From Alphaproteobacteria bacterium (GTDB lineage Bacteria > Pseudomonadota > Alphaproteobacteria > Bin95), in assembly GCA_964291285.2 (NCBI GenBank), contig OZ219787.1, positions 256,001-320,000 on the forward strand: a stretch of DNA of 64,000 nt, given 5' to 3'. Below the pieces are notes generated by a model. The model was not told where the DNA came from. It saw only the letters and a list, made by a program, of their open reading frames with translations, and searched no databases. This document shows, in pieces, positions 1 through 7,638 of the stretch (the first letter of the stretch is position 1; every line of letters begins with the position of its first letter). A program made the position numbers and the translations under genes.

Positions 1-149
1 TTCAACCCTTATGACGGCCCGCATGCCGCCGTTGCGGAAATAGACGAACGGCTCGTCCATGTCGATACCGGGGACCGAATTCTCAAGAAGTTCGTCTAGA
101 ACGATAACCCGACCGGCAGACTCTCCGCTCGACTTTGTACAAAATTACC

Positions 150-437
150 TCACGTCCATGTCCAGAAGATCTCGTTTTTGGCGATTTCGTCGAGGGCCTG
201 TTCGAGCGGGAGCACGATGCCCCCCATGTCTCCGACGTCCTGCCAGGACTGGCGCCAGGACCAGTAGCGCACCCTCATCTTGTCACCTGAGCCTTTCGGC
301 TGGAGCCTTGCGATCGGTGCCTGCGTGGCCGTGAGATACAGATTGTAGCCGCCGCGCACCCTGGTGACCGTCACGCCCCCGCCCCTGGATTTGTTGAACG
401 CTTCGATGCGCGCCAGACAGGGGTCGGATGCGGCCAT
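150..437 (-). CDS. 95-aa hypothetical passenger protein inside the IS (weak DUF3024-like resemblance)
   Basis: MAASDPCLARIEAFNKSRGGG...APIARLQP...VRYWSWRQSW...EQALDEIAKNEIFWTWT; protein-like composition; stop lies just inside the left IR. Confidence 0.6.
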   Translation of the reverse strand: MAASDPCLARIEAFNKSRGGGVTVTRVRGGYNLYLTATQAPIARLQPKGSGDKMRVRYWSWRQSWQDVGDMGGIVLPLEQALDEIAKNEIFWTWT

Positions 438-546
438 GAAGCAGTGATATCGGATTGGATGGCTTCTGTCGCTGCAGCGATGCTGATTCACCCGGTCGCA
501 TGCGGGCGCCCTTGCATGCCGGATGCTTCTGGATTCGAAGGTCGTC

Positions 547-1929
547 ATGACACATTTCGACGACCCTTCGAGCGCCATCGGCGATCCGGTTCCGCCGTTC
601 CTGATCGACTGGCTGGAGCCCTTTCGAGGCGCCTTCTCATCCCCGACCTGGCGGCTGGTGGCGGTTCTGGTCATGGGAGCGTTGCTGGCGCCGGGCAAGA
701 GAACCGTGTCGGCCTGCCTGCGGGTGACCGGGCGGGCGATGTGCGAGACATTCTCGTCCTACCATCAGGTTCTCAATCGCGCCCGCTGGGACCCGCGTGA
801 CCTTTCACGCCGGCTCGTGCTCGTGCTGGTGGCGCGGCTTGCCGGGCAGGGACCGATCATCATCGGGCTCGATGACACCATCGAGCGCCGCTGGGGCGCG
901 CGTATCAAGGCGCGCGGCATCTATCGCGACCCGGTGCGTTCCAGCCATGGCCATTTCGTCAAGACCAGCGGGCTGCGCTGGCTCAGCTTCATGCTGCTTG
1001 TCCCGCTGCCCTGGTCGCCGGGCATCAGGGCCCTGCCCTTCCTGACCATCCTGGCCCCGTCCGAACGCTTCGCCGCCAGGCAAGGCCGGCGTCACAAGCA
1101 ACTCACCGACTGGGCGCGACAGGGCATGCTTCAAATCCTTCGCTGGGTCCCGCAACGCGCGATCGTCTTCGTCGCCGACAGCAGTTTCGGAACCCACGAA
1201 CTCGCCTGGCGCATCGGACAGCGCGCAACCCTCATCAGCAGGCTGAGGCTCGATGCCAACCTCTTCGCGCCCCCGCCGCCGCGCGACCCGAACAAACGCG
1301 GTCGACCCCGGCAAAAGGGGCCGCCCCTGCCCAAGCTCCAGACCCGCCTTGACGACCCCGATGCCCGCTGGACAAGCATCACGCTTCCGCGCTGGTACGG
1401 AAGTTCGAAGGAAAAGACACTCCAGATCATCTCCGATACCGCGCTCTGGTATCGTCCCGGCACACCTCCCAAGGCCATCCGATGGGTGCTGGTGCGAGAC
1501 CCGGAAGGCGAGCGGGACCCGCAGGCGTTCTTCTGCACCGACACCAACATGGAGCCGGCCAAGATCATCGCCACCTTCGTGCGGCGCTGGCAGGTCGAGG
1601 TCACCTTCCAGGAACTGCGCGCCCATCTCGGGCTCGAAACACAACGCCAGTGGTCACACGCGGCGATCGCACGAACCACCCCCGTCCTCTGCGGGCTCTA
1701 CAGCCTCGTCTGCCTCTGGGCCACAGACGTGCTCTCGACAAACCACCTGTCCTACGCCGCCGCCTGGTACCAGAAAACCAGCGTCACATTCTCCGATGCA
1801 ATCGCGGCCATACGATGCCAACTCTGGCTTGGAAACAATTTATCGCGCTCCCCGCCACACCGGGAACCAAACATAATTCCGCCCGACAAGATAAGGCGGA
1901 TGCAGTACGCCCTCTGCTTCGCAGCATAA
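547..1929 (+). CDS. IS701-family DDE transposase
   Basis: IIIGLDDTIERRWG, IVFVADSSFG and RWQVEVTFQELRAHLGLETQRQW motifs. Confidence 0.9.
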   Translation: MTHFDDPSSAIGDPVPPFLIDWLEPFRGAFSSPTWRLVAVLVMGALLAPGKRTVSACLRVTGRAMCETFSSYHQVLNRARWDPRDLSRRLVLVLVARLAGQGPIIIGLDDTIERRWGARIKARGIYRDPVRSSHGHFVKTSGLRWLSFMLLVPLPWSPGIRALPFLTILAPSERFAARQGRRHKQLTDWARQGMLQILRWVPQRAIVFVADSSFGTHELAWRIGQRATLISRLRLDANLFAPPPPRDPNKRGRPRQKGPPLPKLQTRLDDPDARWTSITLPRWYGSSKEKTLQIISDTALWYRPGTPPKAIRWVLVRDPEGERDPQAFFCTDTNMEPAKIIATFVRRWQVEVTFQELRAHLGLETQRQWSHAAIARTTPVLCGLYSLVCLWATDVLSTNHLSYAAAWYQKTSVTFSDAIAAIRCQLWLGNNLSRSPPHREPNIIPPDKIRRMQYALCFAA

Positions 1930-2360
1930 TGCACAAAGTCGAGCTCCGAAGTCGATTCGATACCTTACCGACACCGGAATCGGGAAGCCGGTTCCCGTCT
2001 TCAACTCAATTTGCGCAACATCGGTCGCGGCCTGCCCTTTCCACAGCCATTCCGATATACCGCCGCCTTCGCGAAGGGGCTTCGCAAAATCCGCCGGCAG
2101 GGCGCGCAGAAGCTCAAACGCCTCGATCAAGTTCGACTTGCCCGACCCGTTGGGGCCAATGAGCACGTTTAGGGATTCGAGCTCGAACGGCTCCATGTCC
2201 GGCGGGAAGGAGAGCAGGCCGGCCAGTTTCAGGCTCTGGATGAACCGCATCGCAATCCGCTCGCCGCCGTTTGCCTTGTCCCGTCCAGTGTGCCGCCAAC
2301 CTTCCCCGAATGCGCCTGCCGGTCAAGCGGGAGAAACGGCAGGCGTCCGGGCGGCGGGGG

Positions 2361-2645
2361 TCATGCGGCGAATCGGCGGACGGCGACCTGCCCGCGGTTC
2401 GCCTTCGCCTGCCAGAGGTCGTACTGCATCTGCTGGAGCAGCCAGCTTTCCGGGCTGCCCCCGAACGCCTCCGAGAGCCTGATCGCCATTTCGGGAGAAA
2501 TTCCGAGGCGGCCGTTGAGGAGCATGGAGAGCGTGTTGCGCGACACCGCAAGGCCCTTCGCGGCCTCGGTCACCGTCAATCCCAGCGGTTCGAGGCATTG
2601 CCGCCGGATAACGCCGCCGGGATGGGGCGGATCGTGCATAAGCAT
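2361..2645 (-). CDS. higA: HigA-family antitoxin (HTH)
   Basis: [38 protein letters not shown]...[21 protein letters not shown]. Confidence 0.92.
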   Translation of the reverse strand: MLMHDPPHPGGVIRRQCLEPLGLTVTEAAKGLAVSRNTLSMLLNGRLGISPEMAIRLSEAFGGSPESWLLQQMQYDLWQAKANRGQVAVRRFAA

Positions 2646-2658
2646 GGCGCAGCCCTTT

Positions 2659-2937
2659 CTAATGATAGTCCAGATAATCGACATCGACGGCGCCGCCGTC
2701 CTCGAAGCGGAAAACGATGCGCCAGTTGGCCCGGACCGTCACCGCCCAGAAGCCGGCAAGGTCACCCCGCAGCCGGTGAAGCCGGAAGCCGGGCAGGTCC
2801 ATGTCTTCCGGAGCCCTCGAAGCGTTCAATCGCGCCAGAATGTCCCGCACTGCCTCCCGGTGTTCCGCCCGGATGCGGCCCTCCTCGCCACGCTGCATGA
2901 ACCGCCTGAGCGCCCTGCTTCTGAAACTTCGTATCAC
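2659..2937 (-). CDS. higB: HigB/RelE-family toxin
   Basis: [13 protein letters not shown]...[43 protein letters not shown]; toxin gene precedes the antitoxin. Confidence 0.92.
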   Translation of the reverse strand: MIRSFRSRALRRFMQRGEEGRIRAEHREAVRDILARLNASRAPEDMDLPGFRLHRLRGDLAGFWAVTVRANWRIVFRFEDGGAVDVDYLDYH

Positions 2938-2974
2938 GGCAATGTGTAATATGCAATATGTCTATTACCAGCCC

Positions 2975-4399
2975 TCAAACCCCCGGCCCCGCCCTTACCG
3001 CCTCCGGCACCTCGCGCTTGAGATACCTCCCGTCCGCCGGGTCGCCGAGGAACGCGCCGTCCTCGACCACCACCTTGCCGCGCAGGATTGTCATGGCGGG
3101 CCAGCCGGTGATGGCGTGGCCTTCCCAGGGGGTGTAGTCGGCTTCGTGGAGGTCTTCGGCGCGGACGGTGCCGCGCGCCTCGGGGTCGAGCACGCAGATG
3201 TCGGCGTCGGAGCCGGGCGCGAGCGCGCCCTTGCGCGGCCAGAGGCCCATGATCTTCGCGGCGTTGGTCGAGACGAGGTCCGTGTAGCGCTCCAGGCTGT
3301 AGCCGCGCCTGGTCACCATCTCGTCATACATCACGCCCATGCGCGGCTCGACGCCGGCATTGCCGCCCGTGGTGTCGTCGATGCGGGAGCCCAGCGTCTT
3401 GACCCTGAGCGTGCAGCAGATCTCGTCCGTGGCGACGCAGTTGATCGCGCCGTCGAGCGTGCCGGCCCAGAGCGCCGCCTGGTCCGCCGGGGACTTGAGC
3501 GAGGGGTAGGTGTGGTAGATCTGGCCGTTCGGGCGCCTGTAGTCCTCGCTGGTGTAGAGCATGTACTGATGCAGCGTCTCGCCGTAGATCGGGCTGCCCT
3601 TCGCGCGCGCCTCGCGGATCGCCTGCACGCCCGTCGCCGCGCTCACATGCATCATGTAGAGCGGCGTGTCCTCGGCCTCCGCCAGCCGCAGCACGCGGCG
3701 GAAGGACAGGTCCTCCGACAGCGCGTTGTGGACCTCCGCCATGTTCTCGAAGCCGACCCGGCCCTCGCGGATCAGGGTCTCGTACATGTGCATGACGATG
3801 TCGTTGTCCTCGGCATGGATGACGCCGAGGCCGCCCGCCCGCGTGATCGCCTTGAAGACCTCCCAGATATCGCCGAAATGCACCATCCGCCCGCGGCGCG
3901 ACGGCGTGATGTCGGTGGTGAAGATCTTCACGGTCGGGTAGCCGTCGGCGATGACGCCCGCCAGCTCGGAGACCGTCTCCGGCGGAATTTCGCCGAGCAG
4001 CATCACATGGTAGGCGTAGTCGCAGTAGCAGGCGCCGTCCCAGTCCGCGTCGCGGCGCGCGATCACCTCGGCCAGCGGCAGCGGCTCCTGGCGGGCGGCG
4101 AAGTCGATCATCGTCGTGGTGCCGCCGTGGAGCGCGGCGCGGCTCACCACCGCGGGCGGGTCGGTCAGCATCGCCGTGCCGTCCGGCAGCGGCAGGTGCC
4201 AGAGGCAATGCACATGCGGGTCGATGCCGCCCGGCATGACGATCCGCCCGGTCGCGTCCACCACGCGCGCGGCCGAGGCGTCCGGGATGGCGCCCTGCTC
4301 GGCCACGGCCGCGATGCGCTCGCCCGAGACCGCCACATCGTGCGCGCCCACCCCCTGCGGCGTCACCACACGGTCGCTGCGCAGGATCAGGTCGAACAT
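2975..4399 (-). CDS. dihydropyrimidinase/hydantoinase-like cyclic amidohydrolase
   Basis: VMPGGIDPHVH metal site, AALHGGTTTMIDF, IHAED, KGALAPGSDADICVLDP, YTPWEG. Confidence 0.88.
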   Translation of the reverse strand: MFDLILRSDRVVTPQGVGAHDVAVSGERIAAVAEQGAIPDASAARVVDATGRIVMPGGIDPHVHCLWHLPLPDGTAMLTDPPAVVSRAALHGGTTTMIDFAARQEPLPLAEVIARRDADWDGACYCDYAYHVMLLGEIPPETVSELAGVIADGYPTVKIFTTDITPSRRGRMVHFGDIWEVFKAITRAGGLGVIHAEDNDIVMHMYETLIREGRVGFENMAEVHNALSEDLSFRRVLRLAEAEDTPLYMMHVSAATGVQAIREARAKGSPIYGETLHQYMLYTSEDYRRPNGQIYHTYPSLKSPADQAALWAGTLDGAINCVATDEICCTLRVKTLGSRIDDTTGGNAGVEPRMGVMYDEMVTRRGYSLERYTDLVSTNAAKIMGLWPRKGALAPGSDADICVLDPEARGTVRAEDLHEADYTPWEGHAITGWPAMTILRGKVVVEDGAFLGDPADGRYLKREVPEAVRAGPGV

Positions 4400-5304
4400 C
4401 GCTCCACCTCCTCGATCAGCACCTCCATGAGCGCGTCGGCCCAATCCTGCCGGATGCCGCGCCCGATGACGACTATCCTCGTGCTGCGGTCGGTCCCCGG
4501 CCAGCGGGCGAGCCGCTCCAGCGGGTGGAAGACATGCTGCACGCCGTGCACGACGACCGGCCGCTCCGGCGCCTCGGCGATCTGCACGAGGCCCTTGAGG
4601 CGCAGCAGGTCCGGCCCCGCCGCATCCGCCAGCGTCTCCAGGAAGAGGGTGAGGGCGACGGCGGGCACGGGCTCGGTGCGCCGGAGCGTGAAGGTCGAGA
4701 TGCCGGCGGCGTGGTCGTGGCCGTCGGGCGCGTCGAGGCGGGGCTCGATGGCGAGCAGCCGGGCGGGGTCGATGCCGCCGAAGCTCGCTTCCAAGATCTC
4801 CGCGCCCGGATTGAGCGCACGGAGGCGGCTTTCCAGTTCGGGGGCCGGCGCGAGGTCGCGCTTGGTGACGATCAGCAGGTCCGCCAGCGCCGCCTGCTTC
4901 ACCGCCTCGGGATAGCGCGCCAGCGTCTCCGCGCCGTTCACCGCGTCCACCGTCGCGGCGAGGCCGCCCGCCTCCAGGCCGTATGCGGCGATCAGTGTCT
5001 GGAGGATCGGCGCGGGGTCGGCGAGGCCGCTCGTCTCCAGCCAGATGCGCGCGCAGGGCCGCTGCGCCAGCAGCCGGGCGGCGGCGGCGGTAATGTCGCC
5101 CCTGGCCGCGCAGCAGAGGCAGCCGGAGCCGAGCTCCACCAGCTCCTCCTCGCCCGCCTCCAGCAGCGCATGGTCGATGCCGACATCGCCGAACTCGTTG
5201 ACGATCACCCCGTCGCCCTTGAGCGCCTCGTGCGCGAGCAGCGCCTTCAGCAGCGTCGTCTTGCCGGAGCCGAGGAAGCCCGTGATGGCGATGATCCGGG
5301 TCAT
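4387..5304 (-). CDS. CobW/COG0523 metallochaperone GTPase
   Basis: ITGFLGSGKTT, IVNEFG, GCLCC, ETSGLADP, LLRLKG. Confidence 0.92.
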   Translation of the reverse strand: MTRIIAITGFLGSGKTTLLKALLAHEALKGDGVIVNEFGDVGIDHALLEAGEEELVELGSGCLCCAARGDITAAAARLLAQRPCARIWLETSGLADPAPILQTLIAAYGLEAGGLAATVDAVNGAETLARYPEAVKQAALADLLIVTKRDLAPAPELESRLRALNPGAEILEASFGGIDPARLLAIEPRLDAPDGHDHAAGISTFTLRRTEPVPAVALTLFLETLADAAGPDLLRLKGLVQIAEAPERPVVVHGVQHVFHPLERLARWPGTDRSTRIVVIGRGIRQDWADALMEVLIEEVERCST

Positions 5305-5558
5305 TGCGGCTCTCCCTCGCCGGCGCGCATGAACAGCACCCGGCTCGCCCGGCGCTCCGGGGCGACGAGGGAGCGCAGATGGCGGAGTGCGCCCGAGATC
5401 GAGGGATGGACGCGGCCGGGCCCGTCCGGCCCCGTCACCCGCCAGGCGGGCCCGAGCGGCGTCTCCTCGCGCCCGGCCGCCACGCCCTCAGGCTCGACGC
5501 CCCAGAGCTCCAGCGCGCCCCGGATCAGCAGCTCGTCCCTTTTCCCGTCACCCGTCAC
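5301..5558 (-). CDS. 85-aa hypothetical protein
   Basis: 4-bp start/stop overlaps with both neighbours (translational coupling). Confidence 0.55.
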   Translation of the reverse strand: MTGDGKRDELLIRGALELWGVEPEGVAAGREETPLGPAWRVTGPDGPGRVHPSISGALRHLRSLVAPERRASRVLFMRAGEGEPQ

Positions 5559-6007
5559 AGCGGCAGCGCCAGCAGGGTGTCGATGCGGGCATTGTCATAG
5601 ACCACGGTCATCTCCCGGATGCGCAGCGCCCCGTCGAAGGCGGCGCGGTATTCGCCGGCGCTGAACAGCATGAGGTCGCCCTCGCGCATGATGCGGGTGA
5701 CATGGTAGCCGGCGCGGGCGGAGACCGGCGGCCCTTCGTCCACCAGCGCGCGCCCGATCACATGGCGGTAGCGCTGCGCCTCATAGACGTTCGCCCGGCG
5801 CAGCGCCGCCACCCGGTCGGCGAGCATGGCGCGGCCGTCGGCATAGACCACCGAGACCGGCAGGCCGGCCTCCACATTCTCGCGCGCGGCGATGCGGTAG
5901 CGGCAGTCCTCCGCGAACAGCGCCAGCCAGTCCTCCAGCCGGTCGTCGTCTATGGCCATGGCGTAGCGCGCGAACAGGCCGTCCACGGCGTCCTGGAGGC
6001 CGCTCAC
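5555..6007 (-). CDS. aromatic ring-hydroxylating dioxygenase beta subunit
   Basis: YAMAIDDDRLEDWLALFAEDCRYRI..REN, MLADRVAALR; coupled to the alpha subunit. Confidence 0.9.
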   Translation of the reverse strand: MSGLQDAVDGLFARYAMAIDDDRLEDWLALFAEDCRYRIAARENVEAGLPVSVVYADGRAMLADRVAALRRANVYEAQRYRHVIGRALVDEGPPVSARAGYHVTRIMREGDLMLFSAGEYRAAFDGALRIREMTVVYDNARIDTLLALPL

Positions 6008-7239
6008 AGCCCCATGACCGCCCGCCAGGCCTTCCAGAAGCCGCGCACCGAGGTCTCGGTCGCGCGGCCCCGCTGGCTCTCCGTGCCGGCGCCGCCCATC
6101 TCGACCACGCCCGCAAGGCCGGCCGCGCCTGCCGCGCCGCGCTGCACGAAGCCGCCGACCGCGCCGTCCTCCATCGAGATGAAGCCCGCCGGCCCCACCA
6201 TGTTCGCCTGCAGGAGGCGCAGCTCCGCAAGCTCGGGGTCGTCGTCCTCGAAGCCGTAATAGGTCCAGAGCAGTTCCGTGCGGTCCACGCCCTTCGGCAC
6301 CACCTGGCGCACGGCCAGCGCGTTCTGCACCTGCTGCGAGACGAAGGTCGGGAAGACGGTCAGGATCTGGAGCGAGACGCCGTCGCCGAACTCGTCGCGG
6401 CCGCGGATGAGGCGCGGGTCGGCGAGCGCGTAATCGTCCTTCCAGGCGCGCAGGCCCCCCTTCTCATAGTCCTCGTTCGGCCGGTCGGTCTGCATGCGCG
6501 ACCAGCTCACATGGTGGCCGCCGCTCCCGTCCACCTCGACGCCGCCCTCCTGGGTCAGCCGGTTCAGCCGGAAGGTGGCGAAGAAGGAATGCAGCAGGCT
6601 CGCATGGTAGCTGTCCTTCACGTTCTCGACATAGAGCTTCCAGTTGTTCGGCAGCATCTGGCGGTGGCGGCCGAGCAGCCGGACCGGCTTGCCCAGCACG
6701 CGGGCCAGCCGGGCGCGGATTTCGGGCCCGAGCCAGTCCTCCAGGCCGGCCACGTCCGGGCTGAAGGTGCCGAACACCAGCCCGCACCAGGCGGTGACAC
6801 GCAGCTTGCGCGGCCCGTGCCGGGCCTTGTCGAAACCCTCCGGCATGCCGCCGGCGCCGTCTATGCCGCCCTCGAAGGCCACGCCGCGCAGATTGCCTTC
6901 GAGGTCGTAGTTCCAGGCGTGATAGACGCACTGGATGCGCCGCCCGCGCCCGCCTTCGCCAAGGCAGATGAGCGCGCCGCGATGGGCGCAGCGGTTCTCG
7001 AAGGCGTGCAGCCGGCCGTGCCGGTCGCGGCTGACGATCACCGGCGTCTCGCCGACGAAGGTGGTGCGCCAGGAGGCCGGCTCCGGCAGCTCCGCCTCCA
7101 TGCAGAGGAAATGCCAGGCGGGGCCGCGAAACAGGCGCTCCTGTTCCGCTTCGTAAAGGGCGGGGTCGCGGTAAACCTCGTAAGGCACACGGGTCAGGCC
7201 CGGACCCGGCCAGGCCGGCAATTGCGGCTGCTCCTGCAT
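6004..7239 (-). CDS. Rieske ring-hydroxylating oxygenase alpha subunit (anthranilate/salicylate/terephthalate-type group)
   Basis: NRCAHRG...CVYHAW Rieske motif, NWKLYVENVKDSYHASLLH, NMVGPAGFISMEDG. Confidence 0.92.
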   Translation of the reverse strand: MQEQPQLPAWPGPGLTRVPYEVYRDPALYEAEQERLFRGPAWHFLCMEAELPEPASWRTTFVGETPVIVSRDRHGRLHAFENRCAHRGALICLGEGGRGRRIQCVYHAWNYDLEGNLRGVAFEGGIDGAGGMPEGFDKARHGPRKLRVTAWCGLVFGTFSPDVAGLEDWLGPEIRARLARVLGKPVRLLGRHRQMLPNNWKLYVENVKDSYHASLLHSFFATFRLNRLTQEGGVEVDGSGGHHVSWSRMQTDRPNEDYEKGGLRAWKDDYALADPRLIRGRDEFGDGVSLQILTVFPTFVSQQVQNALAVRQVVPKGVDRTELLWTYYGFEDDDPELAELRLLQANMVGPAGFISMEDGAVGGFVQRGAAGAAGLAGVVEMGGAGTESQRGRATETSVRGFWKAWRAVMGL

Positions 7240-7351
7240 GGCCCGGCGAGCCTAGCCGATAAAATTTTTTTCCGCGACGGGCCTTGAAATTGCGAAACGC
7301 CGCCCCATTCTGCCGCAGACGCATCGGCATTGCGGGCGCAAAGAAAGCCCC

Positions 7352-7397
7352 TTGACTGTAATGCTGCAATGCAACATTCTTCACTGCAACGCAACAT
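7352..7397 (+). promoter_or_regulatory. sigma70-type promoter overlapped by a tandem operator-like repeat CTGCAAYGCAACAT
   Basis: TTGACT (7352-7357), 17 nt, CATTCT (7375-7380); repeats at 7364-7377 and 7384-7397 with a 20-bp period. Confidence 0.55.
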
Positions 7398-7416
7398 CCA
7401 CCGGGAGACATGAGCC

Positions 7417-7638
7417 ATGTCCGCTGCCAACGGCGCCTCCGTGCGTTCCCTGTTCGAAAACGCCAAACAATCGCCCTTCCGCACCTGCCAGTGGCCGTTC
7501 GGCGACCCGCAGGACCTGGAGACTTTCCGCTATTGCGGCGAGCCGACGCTCGCGCCGCATTCCTACTGCGCCCACCATGTCGAGATGGCCTATCGCGACC
7601 CCGACGAGGAGCGCGAAGCGAAGCGCGCCGCCGCCTAG
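7417..7638 (+). CDS. short GcrA-family protein (C-terminal DNA-binding domain only)
   Basis: TCQWPFGDP...FRYCG......SYCAHH..MAY matches the GcrA C-terminal signature; RBS GGAG upstream. Confidence 0.8.
   Translation: MSAANGASVRSLFENAKQSPFRTCQWPFGDPQDLETFRYCGEPTLAPHSYCAHHVEMAYRDPDEEREAKRAAA

Larger units (their letters stand above)
128..1943 (+). mobile_element. IS701-family insertion sequence carrying a passenger gene
   Basis: Terminal inverted repeats CTCGACTTTGTACA (128-141) and TGCACAAAGTCGAG (1930-1943); 5-bp target duplication CTCCG (123-127, 1944-1948); encloses the transposase. Confidence 0.9.
1..2250 (-). pseudogene. AAA/ABC-type ATPase (AAA_21-like) split by the IS701-family element; continues beyond the window start
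   Basis: N-terminal part 2250-1944 has Walker A LNVLIGPNGSGKSNLIEA. Removing the IS and one CTCCG copy restores an open frame: ...YRIDFG|ESAGRVIVLDELLENSVPGIDMDEPFVYFRNGGMRAVIRVE to base 1. Confidence 0.85.
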
